Assembly: GCF_030028105.1 (NCBI RefSeq)
Contig: NC_092379.1
Coordinates: 28,079,821 to 28,143,820, forward strand
DNA length: 64,000 nt
Reading direction: 5' to 3'
Source of the DNA: Mobula birostris
Taxonomy: Eukaryota
The stretch's first letter is position 1; the number at the start of each line of letters is the position of its first letter. Under the pieces are notes generated by a model, which had not been told where the DNA came from, made no database searches, and worked only from the letters and a program-made list of their open reading frames with translations. Position numbers and translations under genes: made by a program. Below are positions 61,042 to 64,000 of the stretch, one piece after another.

Positions 61042-63900
61042 TGACAGAATAGAGGGATATGTAATTCTGGGTATAGACGAAGAATAATGACTAGCTAGTG
61101 ATCAATTACCTTATGATTACTTTATCTTACTGCCGCTGGGGAAGTCAGAAAGAAACCCTAACCAGCAATAGGTGACGGACCAGATATTGTTCTCTGAAAA
61201 TGCTAGATAAAGGTTCAAACAAGGAATTATCTTTTCATACCAAAGCTTTTTGAGGCATAACTAAATATGGGTATAAGAATGATTGAAGGGACAACTCAAG
61301 GTATAACTAAATATGGGAAAGATAGCGTAGGGGACAGAACGTTCGAGAGAAAGTAAAAGGTGTCAATATAAGGAACTGATGTTGTATCCAGGCTTCCTTT
61401 GGCAGAAAATATGTATAACTAACCAATGATGATGTTACATCTAATAGTATATTAGCAAATGATCGAAACTATTAACATGTGATTGAAACTATTCTAAAAC
61501 TGTCTTAACTCGCTTAAATGTAAGATTTCCTGTCTACATGATGATCGATGTTATAAATTGTGAAGAATTGTGATTCGGTGGAGGGCAGTGTCCGGACTGG
61601 CTCTTTGGGAGATCAGTCTGTAGCTTCCCCCATAGCACGCTACGAATAAAGGGTAACGTTTGAGAAAGTATTGCTTGTGTTATTGTGTTCTTGGTATCTG
61701 CGTTCTTGCATCGTGTCGATCCGCCATGACAATTCAATGAGACAGCCAGGAGTCCAAGGCCAGACATATCCGTGAGATGGCGTCAGTAACCGGCTAAGTG
61801 GCAGTGAACTGTGACGGATGGGCCCACAGGTTAAGATTTAGCTTGATCTCTCTAATTAATTGTCCACCTTGACGACCCCTTCGTCTGGCGGGTAATCCTC
61901 TGACGGACTCCTTCCGAAACCAGAGTTGAGGATCGCCCGAGTACCACAGGTCAGAAAATTCGGGGTAACAGAGGACCCAACGAGGGATTCTGAGTATTAA
62001 AGTCTGTGAGTGCTGAAGAATTAAGCTGTGGATCATCAATAGAGATCTATTACATTTTTCTTTGTGTGCATCACCGCTAATTGGGCAGGGGTTCAGTAGC
62101 AGTAACCTATTACATTTTGAAGCTGGTTACCATTCTAATTAATATGGGGGGGGGGGGTGCGTAGCGCGGTAAATTGACCCGCACAGAACGGAGCAGAAGT
62201 TTGGCCAAATACAGGGGAAGAGGCTCTCTCCTCTGCAGTCTATCCGGATCTTATAAATACGTTTTGAGGTAAGCTTACGACAATTTGTCTGTCGCAGCAT
62301 CCAGCCTTAGACCGGCTGTTAAGAGGGTAAATCCCCCACGCGAAGGTCAGTACCCTGAAGTGGATGCAGAGAGATACGGCACAAGATTAATGGGGAATAG
62401 GTGTAATAGGTTATACGGTGGTAAATCCGCACACTGAAGTATTAGCATCCAGCCTTAGACCGGTTGTTAAGAGAAGGCATCCCCCACGAGAAGGTCAGGA
62501 CCCTGAATTGGATGTCATAAAAGGAGGCGGCTGACCCAACCGACTAGGAAGTATGGAGCAACCATTAGGTGAGTTTGTAAATAACACGCTATTATTGAAA
62601 TTATGCAGTGATGACCCTGACAGAGAAAATGGTTACCGAAGTTTGTCAGCATGCGTAAATCAGAAATTGGGTAGTGAAATTTGGCCTTATGGGGTGGGGG
62701 GGGGCGCGAAGGTGGAAACCCGGGACTGAGATAAATATCTGAAAACAGAGGAAGCAATTTGGAGAAGTAATGCCGGTCAAAAATGGAAGGTTTGGATGCC
62801 CAATTGGGGGCACAGTGCACGTCTAACAAGGATTTGTGTATGTGATAATGAAGGAACTTTGAAACCGTGGGAGGCATTAAAAGGACGGTGTGATGATTAT
62901 GATACGAATAGGGGAAAACAGTATAGGGAAACCAAATATATCCAGGTTAAGGATAGACGACAAGGTAAGTATGAAGCCGGCAAAAGTAAAACTGAGGTAC
63001 CTCTTGACCTGTCTGGACTGCCCATGCTGTTTGATGATAATGAGACTGAGGAGGAGGAGTCTGGCGCACCCGTCCCCAGCCCACAGTGCCGCCACCCCCA
63101 TATGACGTTGACGCCACCCAACCCAGGCGCTTCAGAATGCACCCCCCCCCCCACGAGTTCAATAGCCTCCCAAACCAGGGGACAACTTCGGCAAAAGAAG
63201 GGTGATAGGCGCAAGACTAGGAGGCGACGAAACCTTTTTGCCGGAGACGGGACCCTAGTAGACCCTGAGACCGATACTGACTATAACTTTGGTGCTGATA
63301 ATGATGATCCCGAAGACCCTAGTCCACCACCTATACTAGATAATGTAATAACGAGTCCGATGAGACCCAGAGAGAGTGGGATCCAATGGCAATATCCTAA
63401 CAGGACCGTTACAAATCCTAATGCAGGACAGCAGGCCCAGGAGGCTACTATCCAGGTTTATACCACTTGGGAGCCCCAAGAAATGTGTATAATCATGAAC
63501 CAGGTCCTGAACAGAAAAAATGATCCCGAGGGATTTATCGCTTATATGATTGGGACAATCCAAACGTCTCTGGCTATTCCCCAGGATGAATTCCCCGGCT
63601 TCTGAGTTGCAGTGCCTTTTTGCATTTACCTTTCAAGATCAGCAGTACACTTGGACGAGGTTACCCCAAGGTTTCGAGCACTCTCCCACCATTTTCTAAC
63701 ACATATTGCACAGGCAGCTTAGAGATTTACAATTTCCCATGGGCCCTAAGGTAAATCTGTCCGTGGACGACCTCCGGCTGGCAAACCCGTCATAGACATC
63801 AAACACATGACACCAATACACTTTCAAATGCCCTGCATTCGTGGGGATACATGATCCCACCCCAAAAAGTAAAGGCAGCCGAAAGGCAAGTGAGATTTCC
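61042..63900 (+). mobile_element. Endogenous retrovirus 5-prime part (LTR, leader, gag), class I-like
   Basis: TG start at 61042, TATAAA at 61552, AATAAA at 61645, possible PBS TGGCGTC at 61778, repeated leader and gag-like ORF. Confidence 0.65.
62796..63605 (+). CDS. Retroviral Gag-like fragment (frame open from 62730)
   Basis: Pro/acidic linker, then VYTTWEPQEM...RKNDPEGFI, resembling the start of a gamma/epsilon-like capsid. Assignment is by motif memory only. Confidence 0.6.
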   Translation: MPNWGHSARLTRICVCDNEGTLKPWEALKGRCDDYDTNRGKQYRETKYIQVKDRRQGKYEAGKSKTEVPLDLSGLPMLFDDNETEEEESGAPVPSPQCRHPHMTLTPPNPGASECTPPPTSSIASQTRGQLRQKKGDRRKTRRRRNLFAGDGTLVDPETDTDYNFGADNDDPEDPSPPPILDNVITSPMRPRESGIQWQYPNRTVTNPNAGQQAQEATIQVYTTWEPQEMCIIMNQVLNRKNDPEGFIAYMIGTIQTSLAIPQDEFPGF

Positions 63901-64000
63901 TTTCAGGTAGGTTGGTTACTGCTATTGGGGAAGCTTTATACTAGATTTGCAGGGGCATGGGAACCAGAGTGCCAGAGCTGACAGTGGGGGCTGGGGTGCA

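Noticed and set aside
62811-62817. CACAGTG inside the ERV gag
   Set aside because: No nonamer at 12 or 23 bp; expected by chance.
1-64000. NAR-TCR V, IgH-like V, D, J or constant exons
   Set aside because: None recognisable. The clear V genes have their own leaders and normal FR2/CDR2 length.

Overview
Eukaryotic DNA, almost certainly from a ray or shark, judged from the CR1, Penelope and SINE families present. It is part of a T-cell receptor alpha/delta-type variable (V) gene array. One V segment is intact (26339-26813, with leader exon, 126-bp intron, C/W/C core and RSS). Five clear pseudogenes belong to the same family (1917, 28305, 30262, 46087, 55216). One probable V pseudogene of another family lies on the minus strand (24282-24660). 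Several heavily decayed V-like relics occur on both strands; I called these by eye with low confidence. No D, J or constant exon was found. The window is an old segmental duplication (about 1-5640 ~ 52700-58170; about 6140-36480 ~ 39270-51600) with a younger ~1.96-kb triplication of the V cassette. The paralogous empty sites let many insertions be delimited exactly: a full-length L1 with a palindromic Penelope piece inserted in frame in ORF1, a Gmr1-type LTR element, CR1s, solo LTRs, Rex/Babar LINE pieces, and a nested ERV at the right end. I cannot demonstrate a new biological system. The most notable signal is the hidden, bidirectional fossil V array. Identity values are eyeball estimates, and boundaries given in round numbers are approximate.
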